A stretch of 64,000 nt of DNA, taken from positions 128,373 to 192,372 of the forward strand of contig JAAOMT010000003.1 in the NCBI GenBank assembly GCA_016748015.1, in the 5' to 3' direction. Each line of letters opens with the position of its first letter. Positions within the stretch are counted from its first letter, which is position 1. Below, one piece after another: positions 13,400 through 26,109 of the stretch. A program made the position numbers and the translations under genes. The DNA comes from Geosiphon pyriformis uo1 (lineage: Eukaryota; Fungi; Glomeromycota). The notes under the pieces are model-generated. The model had not been told where the DNA came from. It searched no databases and saw only the letters and a list, made by a program, of their open reading frames with translations.

Positions 13400-15272
13400 G
13401 GGGCAGACTGCAACAAAACCAGACAAAGTGAACATTCTATTACGTGACATAAATGAGAGGCTGATGTGGCTGAAGTTAAATTAAATTTATGTAGCAAACT
13501 TCCATTACTATCTAAAATTATACGGGATTAATATAGGATTATCTCTATATAAAAAATATAAATATGAAACTAATTTACATCAAATCCACCATGGAACAAA
13601 AAAATTACAGCACTATTCGAAACATTTTAAAGAAAGCTCAAGGAGAAAAATTTGCTCCATATGTTTTTAATATTAATTATACCCAAACTCTCCAGGAATA
13701 TCTAAATAGTAATAAAGAAAAAATTACTATAAAATCTATCAAGAGAAAGGTTTTTTAAAAGAGTAATAGACATTTCCAATCAAGAACCAAGAAAGAAAAG
13801 AAACTTGGCAGAATAAACTGAATAAATTTTAACAAACAAATTACTTTTTCTTTTTAATCTTTTTGCAAATTCAAACAAACAATGCTAGTGCTATTAATAT
13901 CAAACTTATGCTTGCCAGTCGTAATAAAAGATATTGAAATGCCATGCTTGTGGATGGCTTCTAATGCCTTAAGAGCTCTTGAACTTTGCTGTTTCGTTAT
14001 TTTGTGCTTATCCAATGGGGTACCAACAATGGTCAATTCAATAATGAAGCACATCCCTCCTCCAAAATACCCATGACAAACCAATTTTGGAATATATTGT
14101 CCTTGGATATCAGCAAGACTTTCATAGATCTCTACTTCTTTTTGCATTTCTTCTAGAACATATGGTGGTGCTTTTGCCAAGTCGACAGTCTTTAAAGCAA
14201 TTGTTTCACCACGAAATTTGCATTAGAGCGTTTGACCACTTCGGCCTTCATCTAGTATATCCATGAACTTAAAGTCTGTAAAAGCAAAATTATGTAGCTT
14301 GTCTGAAGCGTTGGGCAATTGTTGATATGTGGATGTGCTGGTAGTCGATTTTTGATTTGCTGATTAGGTAGAAGATAATTTTGACTGTGATCGAAGAACA
14401 CATGGATTATTATTTCCATGAGTTGGTACTGGCACCTGATATGGATTAAGGGATTCAGGATTATCCTTTGCTTGTCAAGCCAAATAAGCGTACGCCTTAA
14501 GCACTGGCGGAGATTTTGATTGTAGTGGAAGAGTTTTTGAGATCCAGAGTATTGTGTGCTCTCGGCGTAGAAACCAGTGATTATCGTAGGTGGTTTCAAT
14601 ACCTTATCTACGCTCATTTGCTCCCATATAATCGTAGATTTGTTGGACCACCGTTTTTGCTTTGTCATTATCCTGATAAAACTCGGGAAACGTCCTTCCA
14701 TCAATATCTTCTAACACATGCTTTCTTTTAACTTCGATCACTAAGATTAATAATTCTCCAAGATGACAATTTAAGTCTGGTATACCAGGAGTATGGGGTT
14801 TGAAGCCTTGAGAAATTATAACCTTCTGATATCATAAGCCTATTTAACACTATACAAATGTTGGAATTCAAGGCATCACGAACATCTTCTTCATTAGTCA
14901 TCACTCTATCTTCGCTAAATTGCGGTCTCTCGAATCTCGGTTGTTGATCGAAGCGGAATTGGTTCACTTCCTCGAGAAATTTATCCCAAAGCAGCAATTT
15001 TTTCTCCTTGAGCTTTCTTTAAAATGCTTCGAATAGTGCTGTAATTTTTTTGTTCCATGGTGGATTTGATGTAAATTAGTTTCATATTTATATTTTTTAT
15101 ATAGAGATAATCCTATATTAATCCCGTATAATTTTAGATAGTAATGGAAGTTTGCTACATAAATTTAATTAAAATGCTATTAGTCAAATTAGTTAACTTC
15201 AGCCACATCAGCCTCTCATTTATGTCACGTAATAGAATGTTCAATTTGTCCGGTTTTGTTGCAGTCTGCCCC
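13400..15272. mobile_element. Non-autonomous DNA transposon with ~257-bp TIRs (13400-13656 / 14993-15272) and ATAT flanks, carrying a gene fragment
   Basis: GGGGCAGACTGCAACAAAACC... at left is the reverse complement of ...GGTTTTGTTGCAGTCTGCCCC at right over ~257 bp (23-bp indel in the right arm); ATAT at 13396-13399 and 15273-15276. Confidence 0.88.
13938..14997 (-). pseudogene. PD-(D/E)xK (REase-like) + protein kinase fusion pseudogene, Crinkler/CR-effector-like, truncated at both ends
   Basis: LLWDKFLEEV...GIPDLNCHLGELLILVIEVKRK...VVQQIYDYM...TTYDNHWFLRR, then ILDEGRSGQTL*..IALKTVD..EMQKEVEIYESLADIQGQYIPKL..LEAIHKHGI; in-frame stops and a frameshift; ends before the catalytic HxD loop. Confidence 0.85.
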
Positions 15273-15393
15273 ATATTACAATTAGTCATAATCCTTTAAT
15301 ATTTCATGTTGACCAATCTCAGTTTTTGAATATTTGAGTTATCGAAATAAATGGCCTCTGGAAATTTCTGCAGGATCTCATCTTAGATTAATT

Positions 15394-15394
15394 A

Positions 15395-15453
<59 letters not shown>
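15394..15453 (+). repeat. (ATT)n microsatellite
   Basis: Direct reading. Confidence 0.9.
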
Positions 15454-15455
<2 letters not shown>

Positions 15456-15849
15456 ATTTTATGAATTAACTCGGCTACGAATCGAGCAATGAGCTAATTT
15501 CTCCAGTTATCAAAAAAGATCAGGGTCTTTTTTGTGGTAATAAACTTTAAAATTTCATTTTATATATATAATTAACTAATTAACTAATTAACAAACTCGC
15601 TATGAACTTGTAATCCTACTGATTTCTTTGATTAACTACGGAAAAAAAAAACTTTTCAAAATCAAAATATGTTCAGTACTGCCAATCAAAAAATTATTAA
15701 TAAATCTTTCGCTTGGTAATAATTTAAATATAATAAAATAAAATTATTTCATTAGAAGAATAAACATTCTTTATCACTCTAATAGCAATCATATGAAAAG
15801 TATTAGAATGGGGGATGATATTTAAAATCAAAACAGCGTGATCATAAAA

Positions 15850-15886
15850 TTTCTTTTATTTATATACTTTACATCTTTATTAAATG

Positions 15887-15917
<31 letters not shown>

Positions 15918-17090
15918 CTATAATAATGATTTTGGAATAAGTGAAAAAATTAATAATTTAAACCCAAAATCCAATTTAAGAATAGGTTAAAAGTTAAAAA
16001 TTAAAAATTGCGCATAATTAATTAAAAATTAATTTATGAAAAAATAAAGTATATTCTTAATAAACTAATTAATTTTTCATCACATTGTTATTATAATTTA
16101 TTCTTAAAAAAGTACATAAACTAATCAATAACAATAATATTTAAGGTAAAAATTACTTCAATACAATATAAATAATAAAATAGAAATAATAATTATAAAA
16201 TTTATATATAATTAATAAATAAATAAGATAATTTATAATATATTTTACATAAAAAATAAGATAATTTAAAATAAATAAAAACTTTATTATTATTATTATT
16301 ATTATTATAATATTTTAGAAACTAATATTTTTAAATCTTTTTTTGATGAATAATAATCTATTCTTTACTATTATTTAATATTGTAAATGAAAACAAAATT
16401 TTTTAAATTAAAATTATATTTTTCGCCTATAAATTTCTAACATAAAATTAATTTTTTATTCTAAACCAAATAATATCATTTAATATACTCGAAAAAAAAA
16501 ATTTTATTCATGATAAAAATAAAAACCGTTATTTCTATAATAAATTACTTAAAATAATAATAATCACACAAAAAATAAAATACTTAATATAAATAATTAA
16601 TAATACAAATAACATGTTTAATAATAATTTTATTTAATATAATTAATATAATAATTTATTATGAATTTAAATAATAATTAAAATATAAATATTATATAAA
16701 AATATTACAAAAGATTTTTTATTTATTTTATTTTATTTGTTTTATTTTATTTTAAAATAAATTACAAGTTAATTGATTGAATTGAAATTTATATATATTA
16801 AAACAGACCGTAACTTTTGTTGAATTTATTATTATATTTGTATTATTTTGTATATTTATTTATTTATTTTATTTTTTTATAAAATTTTGCTTTTAAATAA
16901 TTTATTTAAAATCAGAAATGCCTGTTGTATTTTATAATTTTTTTAATAAGTTTTTCTGAATAAAAATATAATACAAGCAGTTAAATGCTTTATTATGAAA
17001 TATTGTTCAACATTACATATATTGTATGTCTTTGTATAAGCAATAATATTAAATTTTTTAGTAGCTCAAAAAAAATTAATCATTGTCAAA
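15850..17090. other. Extremely AT-rich island (probable eroded repeat)
   Basis: e.g. 16201-16260 has only 3 G/C in 60 nt; no ORF. Confidence 0.6.
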
Positions 17091-17530
17091 AAATAAATTA
17101 GATGCCAATTGTGGTTGTAATTGTGCTTGATTATTATTATGACTTTTTATTATGTAAGATGATTGTTTGAAATGGAAAGAGTGAATTTATTATTTAGTAT
17201 TTATGATCAATCATTTACTATAAGAATGTGTTTTACTTCAAAATAACAAAAACTTGTAACGAAACTTTTACTACTACAGAACATCAACTTCTACATACAA
17301 AATTCTATCTTCTTCAATTTTTACAATTTGCCCAGCATTATTTTGATGGATACCATTAAACGAGCATTACCAACCATCATTATATCATTGATAATTTTTT
17401 TTTTTACATCTAATGGCAACAAACAATTTGATTTCTTTAAACATATCATTGATTTCCATCCAAGGTAAGGATTAAATCGTGTGATAACAAATAGTATACA
17501 AATACATTAACAAATGACTCATTCTAAACT

Positions 17531-17697
17531 ACCCAGAAATAAGCACCACCTTCTATTTTACTACGTTGATTTGGGTGGTGCTTATTCCTGAATGAATATG
17601 GTAGATATTCAAGAAAATATTCGGAAATAAACACCACACCCCTATTTTAGAATCCAAAAATGTCAGTCAAGTAGTACTTATTTCTGGGAGAAAACGG
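17531..17697. mobile_element. Terminal relic of a pogo/Tc2-like (Tc1-mariner superfamily) element
   Basis: End reads TA-CCGTTTTCTCCCAGAAATAAG on the minus strand; internal inverted/direct copies CAGAAATAAGCACCACC (17534-17550) / GGTGGTGCTTATTCCTG (17574-17590) / GGAAATAAACACCAC. Confidence 0.5.
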
Positions 17698-20600
17698 TAA
17701 CCAAAGAAAGCAAATAAAAAAAGAAATTGAAAATCCAAAAGTTGAGAACACCAATTTAAAGCAGGAAATCAGAAATTTAAAAGTTATCATTGAATCAGTT
17801 AAAATAATGGTTAGAAAACAATTTAGGCTTCTTGTGATGCATAAAAAACACACCATACTATTGAAATTCTTTGTGTAATAAACAGAAAAGGCACTTTTAA
17901 TATTTTATTTTTGTTAGCCCTTGGTTTTTCTTCAGATGCTTCGATTGAAAAATGAAAATTTTATGCATTATTCAATTTAAGGGAAATTATTAAATAAACA
18001 TTTTTGTTGTTGTTGTTGTTGTTTCAATTTCAAATTGATTAGGCTAACATGAATCAATAACTCTAAATCCATGGATACATGCTAATAGTTAGATTAGATC
18101 ATAATCAATCAATCAGATGGGCTGGCATCTTTTACAAAAGATTTTCCAACAGGAAATATGGTTTCAAAATCTCAAAAGCAAGTTAAGTGTACCATCCTGC
18201 TTTTAAACGAACTATTCCATCCAAAATTAAGTATTTTAAATTCGTTTAATATACTGAACGTTTTCATCATCATATATTATGCATTTGAATATCTTTGCCT
18301 TGGTAAGCTAATTACATTTTAATTATATTTATTTTGTTTATAATTTTTTTTCATGCTATTTCAAGAAACATCTAAAATCAAAGAATTCTAAATGATAGAG
18401 CACTACTACAAAGAAAAACTTTTATGTGATAATATGCACTAAAAAATTCTTGTTTAATTCATGACATTTAAGAAACTCTGCAGGTCTTAGTAATGAAGAA
18501 GTTGATTGAAAAAAAAAGGCATAAACTCTTGAATATTTGACTTTGAAAGGTGGTTCATTTTCACTAAAGAAATTACTTTGAACCAATCTCGAAATCATTG
18601 ATTATATCCACGTGTTTATTGTAACTAATGCGATTAAATATTTATTTTTAATTTATTTTTTGAATTCTCCATTAAGGAAGGAACAATATTATTACATAAG
18701 CTTAAACAAATATTTAAACCATCATATATATTTCATTTGACAGATTTTTTCATGCTCAAAAAGTTTTAATAATATTCTAATCAAAGAGCATTATTTTAAT
18801 TAATTGAGATTTTTTTAGATATTTAAAAGTAATTCAAAACCTATTATAATATTCTATTTGACAAGAGAAAAAGCAAGACAAATATATCATAATATTAAAT
18901 TAATTTAATGATTAACAAGAATAGAAAAATCGGAAACAAAAAATATAATTAAAATTATTTCATCATAAGGCTCAGAAATTTATATCCATGAAGAGGCACT
19001 ATTGATAAAAAATTATAAAACATATCTAACGATGTGAATAATTTATGTTAGATGAAGATTTTAAATTTCAATAAATACAAATGTCGATAATTCTCAACTC
19101 AATTATTATTATATTTTTGTGGTATATAAAAGCATCATAGTAACGATTGTATTAAGAGGTGTGCAATGATTTTGCTGCCATTGAGAGCTCAGTTAGATCA
19201 TGCTATAAATATTTCTTTCATATCTTTAGCAACTTTCATTTCATAATGTATGGTAATGAATTTGTGATTAATATTGTATTTTTTTAATGCTTCTTGAATA
19301 TTGAGCCCATCAGCTTTTATGTTGTGTAATTTAAGGACTAGCGGGACAATTATTGTTCATTAAATTAATTCAAGCAGATTGCAACGAGAACTAGAGCAAA
19401 CAGAAATGAAGTCAAAAAGACTAGCTTGATATTAAAAAATTCCACAATCTAGACAAATAGTATCATTGGAAAAGGAGGCGGTTTATCTTTAGCTTATACT
19501 TTCAAGGAGTTTAAATACAGCGAATTTACGAGTAAATTAGTGAAAATCAACAAGACGTGCGTTTGATGATAGAATAATAAAATGATAATATTATAACCTT
19601 TTTGATGTACATCATTCCGAGATATAATATATGGTGATAGGAAAGGTAACGAAATTGGTTCCAGAAATCTGTGTCACTTTGGGTAGCTTAAAATGTGAAA
19701 AGGTTTCTTAGCCGCTATGACTATACAATAAGTAGAATTAACAACGTTTTTTTTTCAGTTTCCTTTTTCATGATTTTGGACAATTAATCGCTGCGCTTGG
19801 GGAAATTTTATTTTAAATGTCACACAAATTTAAAATGAGACATGTGAGTTACACCATATTGTCATTCGGGCTTAATTGACTCATTATGATCGCCAAAAAC
19901 CAACTTGCAATGATCGCAGTCAAAAGTATCATTTTTATTTTTCAAAGGTTCCCAGGGCCCGGATGCAATCTTCTCACCTGAAGAGGATCGGGACAATAGA
20001 ACTTTGACGAAATCAAAATATTAAGCACGGGCTAGGTCCCCGGTGAATACCTTAATTTTTTTCTACAATTGTGTAAAACAAGAGAAAGCCTAAAGATCCC
20101 TTTTAGTGATTTTCACTTACAAAATTATCAATCATACACAACCTCACATGCATGGTGTAAACCTACTCCTTGGCTCAATATCCCAATCGAGGAATAAGAA
20201 AGAGATCATTAAACTTATATTGGTAATCAATTTTCCAAAGATTTTGTTCTTTCATCTTGCCTAGAAATTTAGGTCTGTTCCCTGATCGAAAAAGGATCGG
20301 GACAATAGTGTTAAAAAGAATGAGATTTGATGATGCTATAATTAATTCAATATTTGCGACTTTGAAGACTAAAAACTAAAGAACAATGTCTTTTAAAATA
20401 CAAGTACTAATTCTCATCAATAAAAAAATTTAGTTAGTGTTACAAATATTAAGACAAGTGTATATTGTTTGCAATTGGACACAATGAATATCGTGCACAC
20501 ACGGTCAGCGGCTTTTTCACCAACTGTACATCATCGAAAATGGAAAAAATTCAATATGGATCTACCAAACACCGAGGAATGAATCTCGCAATAATCTTTC

Positions 20601-21549
20601 AAAATTATTACTTTTAAATGAATGCCAATTAATCTAATGACTAAAATTAGTCAAGAAAGATATTGATTATTTCTCATTTGAAGGGTGAAATTTTGGTATA
20701 AACTTAATTATATTACGTCTGGAAATGTCCTGAGAAATTCCTTTCTACCCATTACATAATAATTTTAAAAATTACAAATCAAAGAGATAAGCCATAAGAG
20801 GATACCATGTCAGATGGCCAATTCGATGAGAAAACTGAACAAATTAGAACAGAGCTAACAAAAAATATGTTTGATCTTTTTTTGTCTTTTTCAAATAATA
20901 TTTTTAAAAATTGAAAAATATTTTCCTCATTGATTTTTGGCGGGGAGTTTTTTTCGAAAAATGACGAAAAGGAAATCAAAAGGAAATTAATGATGTACAT
21001 ATTGTATGCGGTAATTTCGCGAGCTTCTGTTAGTTAAAAAATTTATCGGGGAGTCATAAAATTTTATAATCTAAATATTTATTTTCGGGATCAAGCGAAA
21101 TGAGTCATAATAAAATTTTAATATATTTTCAAGATTTCCAAATTAAAGTAAATTTTCATGGTATTGTAATGCTTTTGCTCTTTTGCTGACAAAATAGATT
21201 TGGCGTCCTATTGTTCCCGGATGATCGAGTTAACGTTTTGCTACCGATACACTTGTCCTTTTTAGGTAAACAATTGTGCTTATCTTGATTGCGCTTTATG
21301 TTTTGGATCACACGATTCAAAAGATTCACCATTCACGCATAAACAGTATAATTAAGGGAAATTTTTTATAAATTGAGAGGTTTGGTTGAAGACCGAACGT
21401 AGGGATGAGATAGAAACTTTGCTAACAGCAATTCAAAAACTAAAAAAGGATACTAATATTTAAGCAAAAAGTTTTAAATATTTCAGAAAAAAAAAACCCT
21501 TTTTTTAGTAAAACTTTAATCATATTCAACCACTTTCTATTAATTCATT

Positions 21550-22119
21550 ATGCCGTCTTTCAATCAATCCTCATCACCCTATTCCTCTACCGAAGTCAAT
21601 TTTGATGTTCTCCAAAACAATAATAGTCATCATCATAGTCATCATCATCATCATCATCATCATCCAAAAAATCAGCATCGCTTAAAATGTAATAAAACTG
21701 CACCATTGCAAAATTCATCTCTTGCTAAAAAAACAATTTTGTTGTCAAAAACAAAAGATTTAAATGTTCATAATGTGAATTCAAAGGATGGTGTTTCATC
21801 TAAAAATCTATCAACCAATCGAATAACTTATGATTGGGAAAAAAGATTAAGAACTCAACAGCATTCTAAAATTCACCAACCATCACCACCACGACAACCA
21901 TCAGGGTTCTTGAAAAATGATAACCGGTTTTGGGAATTCAAAATAAAAGGTGATACGATAACCTATGTCCGATACGGGTATTTGAAAGCTGACGGGAGTT
22001 TAGAAGAACGTGCTATCCAAAAACAAGTCCATACGAACTCGGTCAGTGCGAGACGATTTATTGAGAAATTATTAGATTTGAAAATTAGTACTGGATATGT
22101 TGGATGGACTCATTGGTGA
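21550..22119 (+). CDS. Standalone WGR-domain protein with His-rich disordered N-terminus
   Basis: Intact 189-aa ORF; C-terminal NRFWEFKIKGDTITYVRYGYL...SARRFIEKLLDLKISTGY matches the WGR pattern KFW.I...G....VRWGR.G...A...A.KL...K...GY. Confidence 0.8.
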   Translation: MPSFNQSSSPYSSTEVNFDVLQNNNSHHHSHHHHHHHHPKNQHRLKCNKTAPLQNSSLAKKTILLSKTKDLNVHNVNSKDGVSSKNLSTNRITYDWEKRLRTQQHSKIHQPSPPRQPSGFLKNDNRFWEFKIKGDTITYVRYGYLKADGSLEERAIQKQVHTNSVSARRFIEKLLDLKISTGYVGWTHW

Positions 22120-24130
22120 TTCTTTCAGAGTTAATTGAATTGCGGTTTTAGTCATAAATGATTGCAATTTTTGAACAATTTGACAATTAATTAAAAATTA
22201 GTGGAAATTAAAAGCCACAATATTGTAAATTTCTTGGTAACTTTCCTAGTATTATAATCACCTGTTAATAATTCTGTCCCCATTTTTTTTTTGGTTTGTA
22301 AATAAAAAAAGTTTTCTTCTGATTTTAGTGCCTTTTAATTTGTAGATAATTTAATTTGAATTCTATCATCACACACAATATGCAGTTGGTTTTTCAAGTT
22401 ATGAATTATGCAATAAATTTATGCTTTTAATATTTTGTCTTTTTATTCAGTCAAGCCAAGTTTTAAGGTTTCAAAATATATGAGAAAAATAATTTCTCCT
22501 TTTTAAATTCTATTATGTTAAATTCTATGATTTTTATGCTTTTAATAAATATTATTACTCAATTTTAATTTAGTTTTCATTTTTACTTTTTAAAAAAATA
22601 AAATCCATTTTGATATTTAAATTGATTGGGAATTTTCCTAATTTCATAAAAGTCACGCTGTTTATATGCTTTATAAAATTCAGAACCGAAGTTATATGTG
22701 CGAAAAAAAATTGGGCAAAATTAAATTAAATTCGTTCCAGGAACGCTTTCAAAAATCTTAAGATTCACACTTATGATTTATTGCAGAATACCATTCAGTT
22801 TAAGGTTCTTTCAGGTAAGTCAGCTCAGTTACTGTTCAAAATAATTTTAAAACCATTTTTTCAACTGGCTACGTAATTATTCAAAAAACAAAAAAATTCC
22901 ACTCTGGTATGAGTTTACACAGCTAAAAGCATTGAAAAGATTTTTTTTATATTCACATTGAACAAATAATTGGTAGAGCTGAAACATATCCTAGTGAGGT
23001 TCATATGTGTGTGCGTTCGATTGAAAATCAAGAGTCTGTTTCCAACTGTTGGAAATCACGAAAAGAAATCTAATTCAATTAATAACTCCTTTCATTACTG
23101 AATTTTCAAATAAAAATTTATAACTATGAATAATGCATCTAGAATTGGGTTTTTCTTCAGGTAAATCGATAGTTTTCGAGAGGCTTACAACTAGTAAATT
23201 GCAACCACATTCATCAATCATGTAAACTCAAAAAAAATTTGACTTTTGAAAATACAGAAAAATTTTTTTAGATTTTGTGTTCATGCAAGCAGCATATGAT
23301 TCCAAATAAGAAAATTTTAAATTTTTCTCAAAGAGTAATTTCAAATTTTCTAACCAGTTATATTTTTTTTAATTTATTGTAATGTGAGACAATTCCTAAA
23401 TTTGCTGTAAAATTCACAAAAATTTTTACCAATTTTATTATAACATCTATAAAAATGTTAAATTTTATGAATTTTAATGAAAATTTTGTTCTCAATCTAT
23501 CTTTCGAAAAATATTTGTTTTGATATTTTAATAACCAATTTCAAGATTTGCAATTTTCGGTTTAATAAATTACCAAAATTATTATTTCCAGCTTTAAAAC
23601 AAATTTCAATTTCATTAATTTTTAATTTATTAAAACTTTTTAAATCATAATAATGTAAAAATTAATATTTTACGAATTTATGAATCTTGATATTTTAAAC
23701 TAAATTTCGAAATATATGATATCTTATATAAGTAAAATTTTTATGTTTTATTCTTACTATTGAACTTATTTAAATTTTAAGTTATACATATACTTTAATT
23801 TTGCCTGTTAAATAGTTTTTATAAATTATTTGACTTGCATATATGCTGTAATATTATACACAATAACTTTTATTTTTGAAACCAAATTGCAAAAATAATA
23901 TTAAAAATAAATATCATTTAAGTTTAATATTAAATAAAATACTATTTTGTTTTGCTCATATTTTATGAAACTTGCGAAAACATTTCTATATCCTTTCAAC
24001 TAAAAGTCATTCAACTTGCATAGGAATAAGTTAAATTAAGCAAATATTTGTAAAAATAACCTATTATCAACATTTTAATTGATAAAGTTTATTCACAAAA
24101 AATGAATTTATAAAATCATTATATTTAATT

Positions 24131-26104
24131 TTGTATTACTAAACAAACTACTACTAATAAGTATTTAATAAATTAATACTATTTAATTTAATGTTTTCAA
24201 TGAATTCTTTTTTATAAAAAAACAATATATAGCTTTTTATTATTAATTATTTGACTTAATAACAGATTATTTACTCTTAATATTCAGTTGTAGTTAACTT
24301 GACTCTTATTTATTTATTAATTTTATAAAATTATTACTTTAAGAAAAACCAAATATGATAAAAATATTTTTATAAATCCCAAAGTTTAAATTACTTGGCT
24401 TTAAATCATAAAATTATTTTTTCTGGTTTTCAAAGTAAATTTACAAAACTTAAATGTTCAAAAATATTATTTTTAATTAATTAATTATTTTGTTTATTAT
24501 TATATGTTTAACCTGTTGGGCAACTGGCTATAACACTTATAACTTTGTTTTTTAAAATTAATGATAAAACTAAAATTAACTTGTTTTTTTGAAAACTCAA
24601 CTTCAAAAATTAATTGTAATAAAAAATATTTTTGAGTAGTCTTGTTATCTTAAATAAAATTTAAAAAAACTTGTATATATTTTGCTAATAGTTTATATAT
24701 GCTTTTTTTTAAGAAAAAATTCCCAAAATTAAAATAGACTTGTGTTTTATCAAATATATACTTTGGGCTTTCAAAATCAAACCGTATATAGTGACCTAAG
24801 AGTTTTCATTTAAGATGAGATTTCAGCAGTAACCATCTTTTTGACCATTATTATTTCTTTTTAATTAATCACTATTTTTTTGATTCCAATTGTTTAAGAC
24901 AATTTTAACTCAAGTTTAATTAAATAAAGAAAAAAAATATTATTTTGAATCTTACAAACAACTTGAAACCCTAGCATGCATTGCATATTGTAAGCATCAA
25001 TCCCATCTTTGTTAAATATACCAATCCTAATAAGATCGGTACAAAGATTATAAAAATTATCCGCTTCTTCTTGCACTTTAATCTCCCCATGTCCTCTACT
25101 AGAAACCCAAGATAACTGATCAATAGTGTTTATTATTGCATCAGGTTGTCTTGCCCTGCCTGTTAATTTTCTCGCCTTTGATCCAGGTGCCTCTCTATTT
25201 GACCTGTAATTTTTTTATAGTTTAAAGAGGGTATATATTGAATTTTGGAACGATAATTAATTAAAAAACTTACCAACGCAAAAAGACATCACGATCTGGA
25301 TCTGCGACAATTGAATTCAAAACTGGATCGATATATGTATTACAAAGTTCAAATTCCCCAACTGAACTTTTCGACGTAAATTCAGGAACTTTTTCTATGC
25401 TAATAATAGAAATAAAAAAGGTTATATGATATAAAAACTTTTTGTTTCATAATTCAATACAATCTTACATATTTTTAATGGCTTTTAAAATGGACATTTC
25501 TCCATAAGAACAACCAATTGTAAACGTTTGAAGCTCTTCTATTGCAGTATTTCTTGTAATCTTGCCCTGCTGCAATCGCTGTAAAAAAAAAAATTTTTAT
25601 TATTATAAAAAAACCTTAACTTTAAATAAAATAAATAATACCTTAAAAATTGGTGTAAGCTTTGTTAAAATTTCAGAATTAAATTCTGCTTCTTGTTCAG
25701 TAAATTTCTGCAACATTTCTTTATGCATCATTTCTAATAATTCTAGACCAAAAATTTCAACCATTAATGGACAATATTGTCTTAGTTTTAATAAAAGAAT
25801 GTGCGACACTGACCTATAAAATAAAGTAAATACAATTAGACTTTATAATTACTTAACAAATTAAAAAAATTAAAATACTTACAATATTTGCGGCACGTGA
25901 CTCTTTACAAAAAGCCCTTTTGTCATCGCTAACTTTAATGATTTCTCTTTGAATTGATACCATTTTTCTGAAATATCAATTTTATTTATAACCCATCTAG
26001 ATCCTTGTCGAGGTAAAGATTCCAATTGCAATTCCTCCACATCATTAATTATGATTGGACAATCAAACGACGTAATTTCGGTCTCTGTATCTGCTTCAAT
26101 TATC
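24131..26104 (-). repeat. Left arm of ~2-kb inverted duplication (partner ~34712-36359)
   Basis: Near-identical reverse-complement match over exons, introns and the AT-rich tail on both sides of the gap in the partner. Confidence 0.92.
24745..26104 (-). pseudogene. 5'-truncated multi-exon PD-(D/E)xK nuclease (CR-REase-like) gene, copy 1
   Basis: Spliced exons give ...GEFELCNTYIDPVLNSIVADPDRDVFLRW/SNREAPGSKARK..RARQPDAII...RGHGEIKVQEE...LCTDLIRIGIFNKDGID...LGFQVV, then VTIYGLILKAQSIYLI decaying into AT-rich DNA. Confidence 0.8.
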
Positions 26105-26109
26105 AAATA

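Noticed and set aside
14252-14731. 150-aa and 71-aa ORFs as listed
   Set aside because: Alternative frames of the REase pseudogene; the true frame contains stops
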